Shown here: one piece after another, positions 28,875 to 40,930 of the stretch
Layout: each line of letters starts with the position of its first letter
Position numbering within the stretch: position 1 is the first letter of the stretch
Assembly (NCBI RefSeq): GCF_009914755.1
Contig: NC_060927.1
Source: the human T2T-CHM13v2.0 reference genome, Homo sapiens
DNA: 64,000 nucleotides
Strand: one strand, 5' to 3'
Made by a program: the position numbers and the translations under genes
The notes under the pieces: model-generated
Databases searched by the model: none
The model's input: only the letters and a program-made list of their open reading frames with translations
Told to the model about the DNA's origin: nothing

Positions 28875-29765
28875 ATAGAGGAGAAATCTGACTGACATCA
28901 CTTTAACTGAACAATCAAACAACGTCACCTTAATTGAACGATCAAACTTTAACATCACCTTTATATAATGGGACCAGAAGACATTGGGTTCCCCTTACCC
29001 CACCCCACCACCATGAAATACAGTGAATGGGAAGTAAACAATATCATCTAGGTACTATTCCTGTCAAAAATGTTTAACATACATCCTGAGGAAACAATCA
29101 GAAATATTCAAGTTCTGTAAATCAGAAGTATTCAAATTCTCTAGACTTCTCAAAAATGTCAGTGTCATAAAAAACCAACAAAAAAAGAAAACAGGAGGAC
29201 TATTCTAGATTAAAAGATACTAAAGAGACTTGGCAACTAAATGCGATGTGTGATCCTTGATTGTATCCTACATATTTTTAAATCCATATACAATGGACTT
29301 AGGAAAACTTTAACATGCACTACCCAATAATACTTTTGTATCAATGTTTTCTCAAAGTAATACTAGGATCATGTTTGTGTAGGAGAATGCCCTATTTTTA
29401 GGCAATAAATAGTATTTAAGGATGAAGAATCATGATGTCTGCAACATACTCTAAAATAGTTAAATAAAATTAGAATATATATGCATATATATACACATTT
29501 TAATATATAATGAATACATGTGTGTGTTCGTGTGTATCTCTCTGTGTGTGTCTGGGTGGAGGAGAGAAGAGAAAGAATTCGAATATAGCAAAACATTAAA
29601 ATTGGTGGATCTAGCTGAAGAATATATGAATGTTTATCATATTATTCTTAATTTTTATTGAAGTATCACATACTTACAGAAAAGTATGCAGATCATAAGT
29701 GCCTATTATAGAGCTATTCTTGATATTTTTCTGTAGGATTGAAATTTTTTAAATAAAATTTTGGG
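28875..29765 (+). mobile_element. L1MC4/L1ME-like 3' end
   Basis: ttctagattaaaagatactaaagagacttggcaactaaatgcgatgtgtgatcc...ttgaaattttttaaataaaa. Confidence 0.72.
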
Positions 29766-30856
29766 GAAAAGAAAACTGGTCACAGACTAGGTTCTATATA
29801 CTGTCAGTTAGTCACACATGCCTAGGCGAGCGGACTCTGAAACTAATGTCACTGCTACCAGGTATCTCCTCTACTTGGAGCAGATAGCTGAAGTCAAGGT
29901 AAACTTCTTAGGATTAAATTTTACGCCTTTCTAGCACTTGCCACAGCCTCAAACTCTCTATCGCATAACACAACGAAACATCATAGCTCTCCTGTGTCTT
30001 GTGAGACCGTCCTACTGTGGACAGAATTCTCCTTGGGAGTGGGAAAAGGTTAAACCTACATTCATTCACAAGCATGAAGATTTTCCAAACCAAGTATAAG
30101 CATGTCCCTCCTCCATCTCACTGCCCTCTTCTGGGAAGAGACTGGTGAACTTGCAGAGGTCAAGAAGCCTCCTGAGAGAAGAGTTCACAAGCAACACTGA
30201 CTCCTTCCTTTTGAAGATTCCCACTATTAGAAGATCTCTGATGGGCTGAGATGATTGAGTCTGGGACGATCTGGCAGGAAAGAAGTCCAAGTAGACCCTC
30301 CTCCAAAGCTCCCCATGGGCCACTAGCAGCATTTGGATGTGGAGTCAGAGAACAAAAGGAACTTAGACCTCCCTAAGTGTAGATTCCCCAACCCAATCAG
30401 TTAATGAGAAAGACTGAGGGGGAGCCTTGGTTCTTCCCTTCTTCAGCCCACAACAAGTCCCTTCAGACTGAGAGAGCACAAGAATTCTCAGATAAACAAG
30501 GTGGAATATCTCAAGAGGGACCAACTTCCTGTGAGTTTGGCTGTGGGGGTGGTTAAAGTGATTAGTCTGAACATTACAAACAGATGTAGTCATATGTGTC
30601 TTCCAAGCTAGTAAAGCAAGTTTTGTGTTGCAAGGGGTCAAAGGCATTTTCAAAGTCAAAGAAATGTTATCAGTCTATTCCTCATCTGCAAATCATACAC
30701 CCCACACTGAAGGAGATATGTTCAAATTCTCACTGCCCACTTGTCCCTGCCTACTCAGTCTCTCCACACTCCTTCTTCCTCCCAAGTGGAGAGGCAGCAG
30801 CAAGTGCTGATGGGGAGTCAGGGAATGAGGCAGGGGGATGAGTCTCAAAGGACCTT

Positions 30857-31599
30857 TGTTACTGTAGGTAGTCAGACATGAGCAGGGCAGGAAAGGGCCC
30901 CCCACCCCCGACCAGGAATGTCAGGCGACCATCAGGTGATTGTTAACTGTCTCTTTAAAATATTAATAATAATCGGTCGCAGCCAGCACTAGGGAAAGGC
31001 AGTCTTCCAATCGATAGAAACATCTGAAACTGGCGATCAGCAGCTTCCCAGTGAGATCGCAGGGGCTTGGTAACTGAGCTCAAGCATGCGCACTAAGAGG
31101 AACAATGGCAGAGTTTAACTGGTATATGACCTTCCTCTAGGAATGCTGGACTGGGAAGGGAAAAACGCCTCGAGTGAGCATGCGCACGACCTCAGTAAAC
31201 ACTGCGCATGCGGCCTTCCCAAGTGCTGGCAAGCCACTATGTTTGTGGGCAGCCCACCCCAAGGGAAGCATCAGGGGAGATGGGTTGCGACCACCCGGAA
31301 GTGTGCCAACATATAAAACCCCGAGTCAAAGGTCAAACTGTGCACTTGATCTCTCAAGTCACCCTCCTGGACCTCTTCCAAGTGTACTGTACTTCCTTTC
31401 ATTCCTGCCCCAAAGCTTTTGAATGCACTTTCACTTCTGCTCTAAAACTTGCCTTGGTCTCTCATTCTGTCTTATGTCCCTTAGTCAAATTTTTTCTTCC
31501 AGGGAGGCAAGAATTGAGGTTGCTGCAGGCCAGTACAGAGTCGCTGCTGCGAAGATACTTTGGTGCCGTGTGACTCAGATCCATCCCCTAGCGGTCACA
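30857..31599 (+). mobile_element. MER50 LTR (ERV1) ending with a tRNA-His PBS-like motif
   Basis: gtcagacatgagcagggcagg...ccaggaatgtcaggcgaccatcaggtgat; TATA-like tataaaa at 31312; tggtgccgtgtgactcagat at 31561; possible TSD cctt/ccgt. Confidence 0.82.
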
Positions 31600-31754
31600 C
31601 CGTGAACTTTTCGGATCCATCCCCTAGCGGTCACGCCGTGAACTTTTCGGATCCATCCCCTAGCGGTCACGCCGTGAACTTTTCGGATCCATCCCCTAGC
31701 GGTCACGCCGTGAACTTTTCGGATCCATCCCCTAGCGGTCACGCCGTGAACTTT
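31575..31754. repeat. Minisatellite, 5 x 36 bp
   Basis: Unit tcggatccatcccctagcggtcacgccgtgaacttt starts at 31575, 31611, 31647, 31683 and 31719. Copies 2-5 are identical; copy 1 has two G>A differences. Confidence 0.98.
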
Positions 31755-32154
31755 GCTTTAGTCACGTGGCTTCTCCCTTCCCCCGCCATTATTCCCACTC
31801 AACGAAGTAATAGTCGGGCTCAAACACCACACGGAAGGCTTTGGCTCTAAAAAAATTTTTGTTCTGGCTTCACATAAGGCTGAACTCTTTTTTTCTAAAG
31901 TGATCCAAGAGTAAGGATTATGTTTCTCTGAACCTACTGGATTTTGTATGAAGTCTCTGAGCCAGGACACACATTTTAAGTGAAATCACACAATCTCAAA
32001 GTATGTTTGTATAGCCCAATTTCATCTGGAAAAGCCAATACTGCTACACAAGGATTTTTTTTTAAATTCCAAAGCAGTGAAGTAGTTGGAGCTCAGTAGC
32101 CCAGAGAAGTGAATTATGCTCTCAACTACATTATTTTAATGTTTAATTTGAGCA

Positions 32155-32422
32155 TTTTTTTTTCTTTTGAGACAGAGTCTCACTCTGTCACCCAGGTCTT
32201 CATGTCCCAGGCCCAAACAATCCTCCCATCTCAGCCTGAGGAGTAGCTGGGACTATGACCGTGTGCCACCACACCCAGATAATTTTTTTTTTTTTTTTTT
32301 TTTGTAGAGACAGGGCCTCACTGTGTTGCCCAAGCTGGTCTTGAACTCCTGGGCTCAAGTGATCCTCTCATCTCAGCCTTTCAAAGTGCTGGAAATACAT
32401 GTGTGAGCCAGTGCGCCCAGCC
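32155..32422 (-). mobile_element. AluJ with an internal deletion
   Basis: Antisense Alu with AluJ diagnostics. Confidence 0.9.
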
Positions 32423-34969
32423 TCAAGCATCTTCATTATGATATGTATAAATATGTATCTATTTCAGCAAAGAAGAGAACTCATCCAACAGACCATACCA
32501 GACAAAGCAAAAATTGTGTAATTTTACTTTTGGCAACATCTCTATTGCATTGACTGGAGAGGGTTTGGCACTTCCCATGGAAAGGATGGCAATTTAAAGT
32601 AAAATATTATTGAAAACTTTATCCACTTGTGTTGGAGCCAAGTAGCAAAAGAGACACTAGAGTTTCTCCTGTCCTGCTGCTAACATCATGGTCTCAAGTC
32701 CAGGCACAGTATCTAGAAATACGTTTCGACATCCTGCCTGACGTCTTCCTGTAGCATGGCTGGCACCATAATTGCAGAAGAACATCCAGAGGCAGGTCCC
32801 TTTACTAACAGCCGTGCCTGCATTTCAACAGCCACTGGACTGCACCTGTGGAGAGAATCACTGCAGCCAAAATCTCTTTGTGGTAGACAAAAGCACCAAG
32901 AGCTTGTTGTGTTGAAATCAGGAAGGCACACTAGGGTGAGTAAGAATAATTTGCAGACAGATCAACCACTAACTCTATAGCCTCTTTCTAGAGGAGGTGA
33001 AAAATGCTTCCATTAAAATCCTGTATTTCACATTCTCTAAATATTTGAGCTTCCTGACAGGCATTCTTCTCGGAGTTGGGGAGGAAGCTTGACTCAGCTC
33101 AGCTTTGTAGGCCCATGAAGTCCTGAGGCACACACCAATGACAGGATACACTTGTGCAGCGTCCCAGGGTCAGGAGAGCTGGAGCAGGTCCAGCTCCTCC
33201 ACAGCTTGGGGCATGGTGGGCAGGCAGCAGAGAGGAAAACAGTGGGAAAAGCTGGACAAGGACTAATTGAAAGCCAAGGTCGTTACTCTGATTCAATCAT
33301 TCCTTCCTGGAAAGAGAGCGGTTTTGTGCTTAACCTCGTGGCCTAAGGTTTCCAGGATATTGCTGGCTCCTGGATCTCTCTGGGGCCAGCTTATTTACCA
33401 GGCTTCTAGGCCCAGGGACAGAAGGATGTCAGAGGAAATTACTCAAATGGGACACAAAGAGAAACCAAAGGCAAAGAAAAAGCTTTTAAAAATGCTGCTC
33501 ACAGATCCTTCCAGTAGAAATTGCAATCAGTTAAACAGATGCCACATTTTTACTGCCCACTACAGCTTTAAAGTGTATTTCATGGAGTTTCAGACTATTT
33601 AAATTTTTTTCCAAAAAGAGTGTCATTTGGAGAATGTCCAAAGGGAGAAAAGCAAATTGATAACTTCTAAAAAACTCACTTTAACCTTTTACAAGCCCGT
33701 CTCTGAATATGCCCAAATGTATGCAAGATCTTCCTTAAAGTTTTCCAGAGTGAGAGGACAAAGTGCCTGTCTACCAGGACAGCCTTCCCAGTTTCCTCCT
33801 ACACAGTGTTGGCTGGAGCACGTCAAAGCAGACCGTGTTTTAACTTAGCGCTTTGCCATTCCTTGGCATGTGGTCAGTGACCTGAGAAGCAGAGTCCACA
33901 CAGATGCAAGTGAGGATGCCAGGAATGGGGAGCGTGACCTGGAGGACCTCTGTGATGAACTGAATAAAACCAAGGTGAGCAGGGTCCCAGAGCAAGACAG
34001 TGGTGTCTAATGGACGTCTTTCTAAAGAAAAGACCCGATGAATCTCTGAAGATCTCCCTTGGGGACAATGAGGCAGATTTGTACCTTAACCCCAGAGGGC
34101 CAAAGTAGGAACAAAAGGGAAACAGGATTTAGTTCCATACAAGGAAGAACATTTTAGCTGGATGCCCCAGGGAGCAGTGAACCCCCTGACCTTGGCCTAC
34201 CTCTAGTGTACCCCAGGTGACTGCTGCCGGGAAATCTGTGGAAGGGACTCTTGTGTAGACAGCAGAACCAGCCTAGAGTGTCTGCAGTAAGTATTGACTC
34301 AGAGAAAGGCAGGGCAGTAAAGGGATATTTCCCCAAGGAAGGAGGCCTTCTGGTATCAGCATTTCAAGTTCCCAGCAAAGGCATATTCTGAAAAGGTCAT
34401 TGCACATAAGCACTGGAACTTCTGAGGGTAGGGCCTTAACGGATTCATTTTTGTGCTCCTCTGTAGTAAAGGAATGGATGAGGAAGTGAGTGAATGGAAA
34501 CTGATCTGCTCTCAAGGAGGGTGATAGGACACTATGTACCCCCAGCCTGGGGGACAAGCAGAGGAACAGCGCAGGAAGGCTAGGAAAGTATGTTGGGGCA
34601 AGATTATGAAGACCCTTAAGAGGTAGATGGAAGAATTTGCATTTAATATGGCAAAATAAGCCTCAGCCTATGCCCCTGCCTAAATGTAGGAAACGGTCAG
34701 CTCACACTCCCAAATCTCCCGAGCTCACAGCTCCAATATCCTCTTGCTCACACCTCAAGTCTCCCCCACCTCACACTCTAAATCACCCAAGGGCACACTC
34801 CAAATATCCCCTCGCTGAGGATGGTTATAAAGTATTCCATGGGGTCTTTTCAAGACTTAATCCTTTCTGGAACCAAGTGATCAACATCCTTGTCTACCCA
34901 ATCTCTCCAAGACTGTGGCAGAGACGGCTAACATTATCAAAGACTGATGTTTCTTTGCCAACCCGTCTT

Positions 34970-35300
34970 TCAGTGAGTCAGGGTAGTCTAACTCCTGTGA
35001 TAAAAACTTCAAAATTTCAGTGGCCTAACACAATAGACATTTATTTCCCATCATGGCAGAGTCCAAGGCAGACATTTCTGGGCAGCCTTCTGTGATTGGC
35101 TTTGTCTGTCTTGAATTCTTCCCTCTGCTAGGACCTCAGAGTCCTCTCATTCAGCTGGTGAATCACAAAAGAGGCCACAGAAAAGGCACACTTCTTAATC
35201 ATCACAACATATTAGTGAAAGACAGCAGTTCTATTATTATCTTATTCGTGAAAACTAGTCTTTCACCTAGCTGCAAGGGAGGCTGGGAAAAACAGTCCCT
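34970..35300 (-). mobile_element. MLT1 (I/J/K-like) LTR fragment
   Basis: caaaatttcagtggcctaacacaatagacatttatttc...cacctagctgcaagggaggctgggaaa. Confidence 0.6.
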
Positions 35301-36249
35301 AACAGAGAAACTAAAGCTGCTTTGTAGCCACAGCTCTACATTCCAGAAGATTCTTTAAAGTTCTACCTGAACCTTAAAGAATCACTAAATATGAAGTGTG
35401 GGCTGGCAGGGGGTTGCAGACTCTGAGACTGCAGACACAAGAGGGGCTCTCACATACAGACTTCTCCAGAAACCTCCACCCCATGCTCTCAAGAAAGATT
35501 GGACAGGAGAGAGAACAGGAGAAAGCCACCCTGAGAGGTGCAGTCCTGCAGATAGGAGCACTGATGCTGCAGGCAAAAGCATAAAGCCTTGTCCAGGATC
35601 TTCTCCCCTGAGGCCTTAAGCCAGTAGGGAAAGGGCAAAGCTTGCTGTCCCAAGAACACTCACTGTAAGTAGGAGAAGGAGTAAAGATGAAAACTTCAAC
35701 CTCTGAGGAGGGGCAGAGACCACCCTGGCTGGATCCAGCTGATTAGAGGTCTTCTGTTGGGTGGGTGGTGGGGAGGGGGCAGAAAACTCTCTTGGGCACA
35801 AGAACAGCCTGAAATACACGGCAGTTTGGCCGCCACAGGGAAGAGGGGCAGGATTACTGAGAAAGCTCCAACCTCCAAATCAAGAGACACACAAGGCCTG
35901 CCTAAGACTGAAGTTGAATCAGGACAACGGGACACACCCCTGTCCTTGTCACCATCCTGTTGGTCAGGCTGAGGCACTGAACAACAAGCAAAATCTCCTG
36001 TTGGCCTGTTTTCCTGCAGAACCAGAAACGATCGGGAATGCTGAATTCTCTGGGTCATAGAATTTCAAGCCTCAAAGGCAGTGTGTGAGTAAGGGACCCT
36101 AAAGAGCTCCCCCTGTCTATTTGAATTTCAGGCCCGCAGACATCATCGGTGCTGTGAAGAGGGGAGCTGGGAGGAGGGTGTTGACATGAACACATCAAAC
36201 TTTAGCACATCAAACGAAGAGGTCAGTGGTTCTTACAGTCTAATAACAA

Positions 36250-36560
36250 TGGAAGAAAACACGGGCAAAGGACATGAATAGAAGTCCAAACAAATGACCA
36301 ATCAACACGTGAAAAGATGTTCGAGCTCACTCCTAACTAAAGAAATACGAACTAAACAAGCCAACACCATTTTCATCTTTCTGATCAGCAAAGATGGAAA
36401 ACTCTGATATCACTTTGTGTTGACAATGGCGTGGGGAAGCAGACTTCAGAGGCAGAGACTCTTAGTGTGCATTTGAACTAGTGCAGCTTTTTGAGATGGC
36501 AATTTCACACATATCAAAATGGCCAAAGTGCCATTTCACTCTTCCATAGTTATCCAACAA
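36250..36560 (+). mobile_element. L1ME-like ORF2 3' fragment
   Basis: gggcaaaggacatgaatag...aaatgaccaatcaacacgtgaaaagatgttc. Confidence 0.7.
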
Positions 36561-36596
36561 ATAAACATTGGTAGAGTCCAAAATTTCATGGAAATA

Positions 36597-36945
36597 CAGT
36601 CAAGCGCCATACAACTATAAGTACATTTCAGTCAACAACAGACTGTCTATATGACAGGGGTCCAAAGAGATTGTAATCCTGCATTTTTACTGTTCCTTTT
36701 CTATGTTTAGGCATGTTTAGATATGCTAATACTTACCATTGCATTACAATTGCATGCAGTATTCAACACAGTAACATGCTGTACAGGTTTGCAGTGGAGG
36801 AGCAATAGACAATACCAGACAGTCCAGGTGTCTAATAGGCTACACCATATTGGTTTGTGTAAGTACACTCCATGATGTTTGCACAATGATGAACTTGCTT
36901 AATGTATTTCTCAGAACATATTCCCCTTGTTAAGTGATGCATATA
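36597..36945 (+). mobile_element. Tigger3a (MER7-like) DNA transposon
   Basis: Preceded by TA; cagtcaagcgcc...cagtaacatgctgtacaggtttg...ccccttgttaagtgatgcat. Confidence 0.82.
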
Positions 36946-37207
36946 TAAATATATAAATATCCATGGCTATTCATCACATACACCAACCTGATGAGTCTGC
37001 TTCCAAATCGCCAGTGGTATTAATAGAAGGCCCCAGCTTGGCCTAAATATATGGTCAGAGCCGCTCTGCCCCAAGCGCAGCCCTGTGTGCAAAGTGACCT
37101 GGAGCTTTGGTAAAAGTCTCCCTCCAAGACAGCTGGAAAAGGCAAAAGAAAGATTCTGTTTCTTGCGTTCTGGAGATGCTTTCTTCTCAAAGGTAACCCC
37201 ATCAGGG

Positions 37208-37938
37208 TGTAACAGCCCAGGGTTCACCTTGCCTGTGGCCTGAACAGAGCTGACTTATCAAGACAGGAAGATTGCAATAGAGAAAGAGTAATTCACACAG
37301 AGCCAGCCGTGTGGGGGACTGGAGTTTTATGATTACTCAAATCAGTCTTCCGAGCACTAGGGGATCAGAGTTTCTAAGGATAATTTGGTGGGTAGGGGAA
37401 GGCCAGTGAGTTGGGAGTTCTGGTCAGTTGGGTTGGAGATGAAATCAGGGAAGTGAAGCTGTCCTCTGGTGCTGAGTCAGTTGCTGGGTGCGGGCCACAA
37501 GACTAGATGAGCCAGTTTGTCAGTCTTGGTGGTGACAGCTGATCCACCGAGTGCAGGACCTGCAAAATATCTCAATCATTGATCTCAGGTTTTACAACAG
37601 TGACGTTATCCCCAAGAGAAATTTGGGGAGGTTTAGAATCTTGTAGCCTCCAGCTGCAGGACTCCTAAACCATAATTTCTAATCTTGTGGCTAATTTGTG
37701 AGTCCTGCAAAAGCAGTCTAGTCCCCAGGCAGAAAGGGGGTTTGTTTTGCGAAAGGGCTGTTACCATCTTTGTTTCAAAGCTAAACCATAAACTAAGTTC
37801 CTCCCAAAGTTAGTTCAGCCTACGCCCCCAGAATGAACAAGGACGGCCTGGAGGTTAGACGCAAGATGGAGCCAGTCAGGACAGATCTCTTTCACTGGAG
37901 TAATCGTCTCAGTTATAATTTTTGCAAAAACAGTTTCA
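37208..37938 (-). mobile_element. LTR8 solo LTR (ERV1)
   Basis: tgtaacagcccagggttcaccttgcc...ctcagttataattttttgcaaaaacagtttca. Confidence 0.85.
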
Positions 37939-38789
37939 ATCGTGCAACAGAAAAGTCAACAACAAAGTTCAATCTGACTTCAGGAAAATGTGAGGAATTA
38001 TTTAGCCCAATGACCTCCAGACTAATAAGAAATCTTACCTTCAACCAGCAGGTTTTGTTGGAGAAACTGAGTGGAAATACAGAAATTTCAGCCAGCTTCC
38101 CCTCTTGCTTTTGCTAGGAGGGAACGAGAGACATAGGAGCTTTGACGAGTGCCTTGGGATGCTCTAAAACCTTAATTAAGTCAGCACTGAAAATTTAAGT
38201 ACCCAAAGGCTCTCTCTCCATATTAGAGCAATTCTCACAGCTAAATCTCAAACCGTAGCTTTGACTTAGCGAAGTTTTCACCTTAGGGAAAATTAATTGC
38301 TAAAAAGTTCTTTTCATTGTTTTAAATAAGATCATGTTAACTTCTTCTCCAGCAATCAGCAATTTCCACTGCAATTTTTTAAAAAATCTTCTTTGGCGCT
38401 CTGTTCTTATAAACTAAATACTAGGCATCCCTAGCTTCTCATGATCTCACCTGGAGATCATACAAGTCAGGAAATGAAACAAATTACTCTCCTGACGAGA
38501 ATAACAGGTACCCTCCAGGCCTTCGGGCTGTAACTACACATGCAGACGAGTTTGGGAGGAAGTGTCTAGATGTGCAGACAAGCAGCTAAACCAGATTTCT
38601 ATCATTTGCTTATATATTTCCCCAAATTTTCTTATTTGCATAGACCTAACCTCAGATTTATACACAGACTCAGAGAATACTATGCATCTTAAAATTCCTA
38701 ATAATAAGTCCCAATCAATTTCCTCCGCAAAAGAAAATTCAACCCTTGTACTTTCTGTGAAGCCAGGCACCATGCTTAGACGAGAAGAG

Positions 38790-39010
38790 TAGCCGAGAAC
38801 ATGGATTCAGACAGGCCTGGGTTCAAGGCCTGGCTCTGCCATTAATGAGCTGCTGTGACTTTGGGCAAATTATTTTATTTCTTTGAACCTTGGTCACCTC
38901 ATCTGTTATGTGAATAATAACCATCTTACAAGTTCCCAACAGCAGCTTGAATTACATGAGATCATACAGCATGAAGCGGTGATCAAAGTTCCTGGAAGGT
39001 AATCAGGGTC
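38790..39010 (+). mobile_element. MIR SINE
   Basis: cagacaggcctgggttcaaggcctggctctgcc...tgtgactttgggcaaat. Confidence 0.8.
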
Positions 39011-39262
39011 CCAACCAGTGTCAGCTGTCAGTGCAATTAGAGGAAGACCTGCCGCTGATAACTTATGCCTAGAGAAGTTGCTTGTATCTCTGTTAAATCA
39101 GGCTGTGGGGCCAGGTCATCTCCAAGGGCCCCTTCAGAGCTAATGGCTAAGGGGATGTTCGACCCTCTGGCAGGATTAGTTAAGCAGGTGCTCCTAGCTC
39201 CCTACTTCTGGTTTCCGTGGTAGGGAATTTCTGTGAAAACACCAAAGGACTGCCCTTTCCAT

Positions 39263-39350
39263 CTGGGCTGGCTGGGGATGTAGTGACCTCTCCATCAATG
39301 AAGGCACTGGGCTGGCTGGGGATGTAGTGAGCTCTCCATCAATGAAGGCA
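39263..39350. repeat. 44-bp tandem duplication within an L3/CR1-like fragment
   Basis: ctgggctggctggggatgtagtga(c/g)ctctccatcaatgaaggca occurs twice, 1 mismatch. Confidence 0.93.
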
Positions 39351-39720
39351 TGCAAGGAAATGCTTGACAACCACTTGCTGGGAATATAATAGAAAAGATT
39401 CAAACATCAACAAGAGTCAAACTACAGATTGTGTGGGGAGCTGCTTCCAACCCAAGTTTCCCATAATTCACATGCTCTAAACTCCCCAAGAGCCAGTGTT
39501 TGTCGTTAGAACCAGTCACCTAGAAAAGCTGTGAGTCAGTCACCCTGTGCCTGTTTGTCCTTCCAGGCAAAGGTAACATGGCCAAACCCAAGCCAAATCT
39601 GGGTCTTGCAGGCAGGAGGACAGCAAAGGACCAGCTCAGAAGCTTTCCAAAGTGAATCGCTGCCTGTGGCTGGTACACCCTGGAAAGGTCCAGGTCAGAT
39701 GATTTCCAAAATGAATTACT

Positions 39721-40025
<305 letters not shown>

Positions 40026-40739
40026 AATGAATTACCGCCTGTGGCTGGTACACCCTGGAATTCTCCACCCAGGAATCCAAAAGAAATTAAAGGCCTGAGA
40101 TGGGGGCCTTGGGGAAAAGAGCCAGCAGCCCGCACTGGCAGTGAGAAGCTGAGTGAAATAATGAAACAGTGAGATGTCAGGCAAAAACTACCTGGAGCTG
40201 GGTGTTTCATTCACAAGAGTGACTCCATCTCCTCAGAATGTTAATGACATGTGGACTTCCTTATGTTATTGCTTAGTTTCTGTTAAGGAATGGAACACAG
40301 AGTTCTGGGAGACAAGCAGGAAGACCCATTACCAGAGGTGATGTCATCAGGTAGAACAAGACACGGCCTTGTTGGTCAAAGTGCCAGCACCAAGGCTGGC
40401 TGGGGCAATGGCGCCACCATCTAGTTTCGCTTTGTCGACATGGCCTTGGGAAGATATCAGCACCTAGGGGTCTAGCACCCGTTCATGCCCACGCTGCTTC
40501 TATGCAGATGTTTTCTGGCTCTCGGTCCTCCAGGGCCTCCAGGCACTTTGCAAAATGCCCTTAATGAAATGAATTCTCACTGCAAGTATTTCCCAAGATC
40601 ATCTCCTTTCTGTTGAATAGCCAGCAGGCCCAGGATGGCGAGGTGACATGGTCAAGGTTGCACATGCATTTTCTCAGCTGACGGCAGTGGAATTTTGAAC
40701 ACCAGAAACAGCAGAATAAATAACTGTTCCGCCGTTAGA

Positions 40740-40930
40740 ATAGATGGTCCTGGATTTAAATCCCGCTTACTCTCTGTGTGATCTTAGATGACTTACTTAA
40801 CCTCTCTGTACCTCAGATTCTCTAACTATCAAGTGGGGATGAAACTAGAAACCATTTCACAATATTTTGTGAGTATTAAGATGCGCAGTGCTTAGAGCAG
40901 TACCTGGGCATGGCAGACATGGGAATAGTA
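40740..40930 (+). mobile_element. MIR SINE
   Basis: tgtgtgatcttagatgacttacttaacctctctgtacctcagattc. Confidence 0.8.

Noticed and set aside
30066-30332. 88-aa minus-strand ORF in unique sequence
   Set aside because: No recognisable homology or clear splice context; this length is expected by chance.
31575-31754. 36-bp repeats resembling a CRISPR array, and the in-frame ORF 31560-31850 with (NFSDPSPSGHAV)n
   Set aside because: The repeats are head-to-tail with no spacers, there are no cas genes, and the context is primate. The ORF is open only because the unit is a stop-free multiple of 3.
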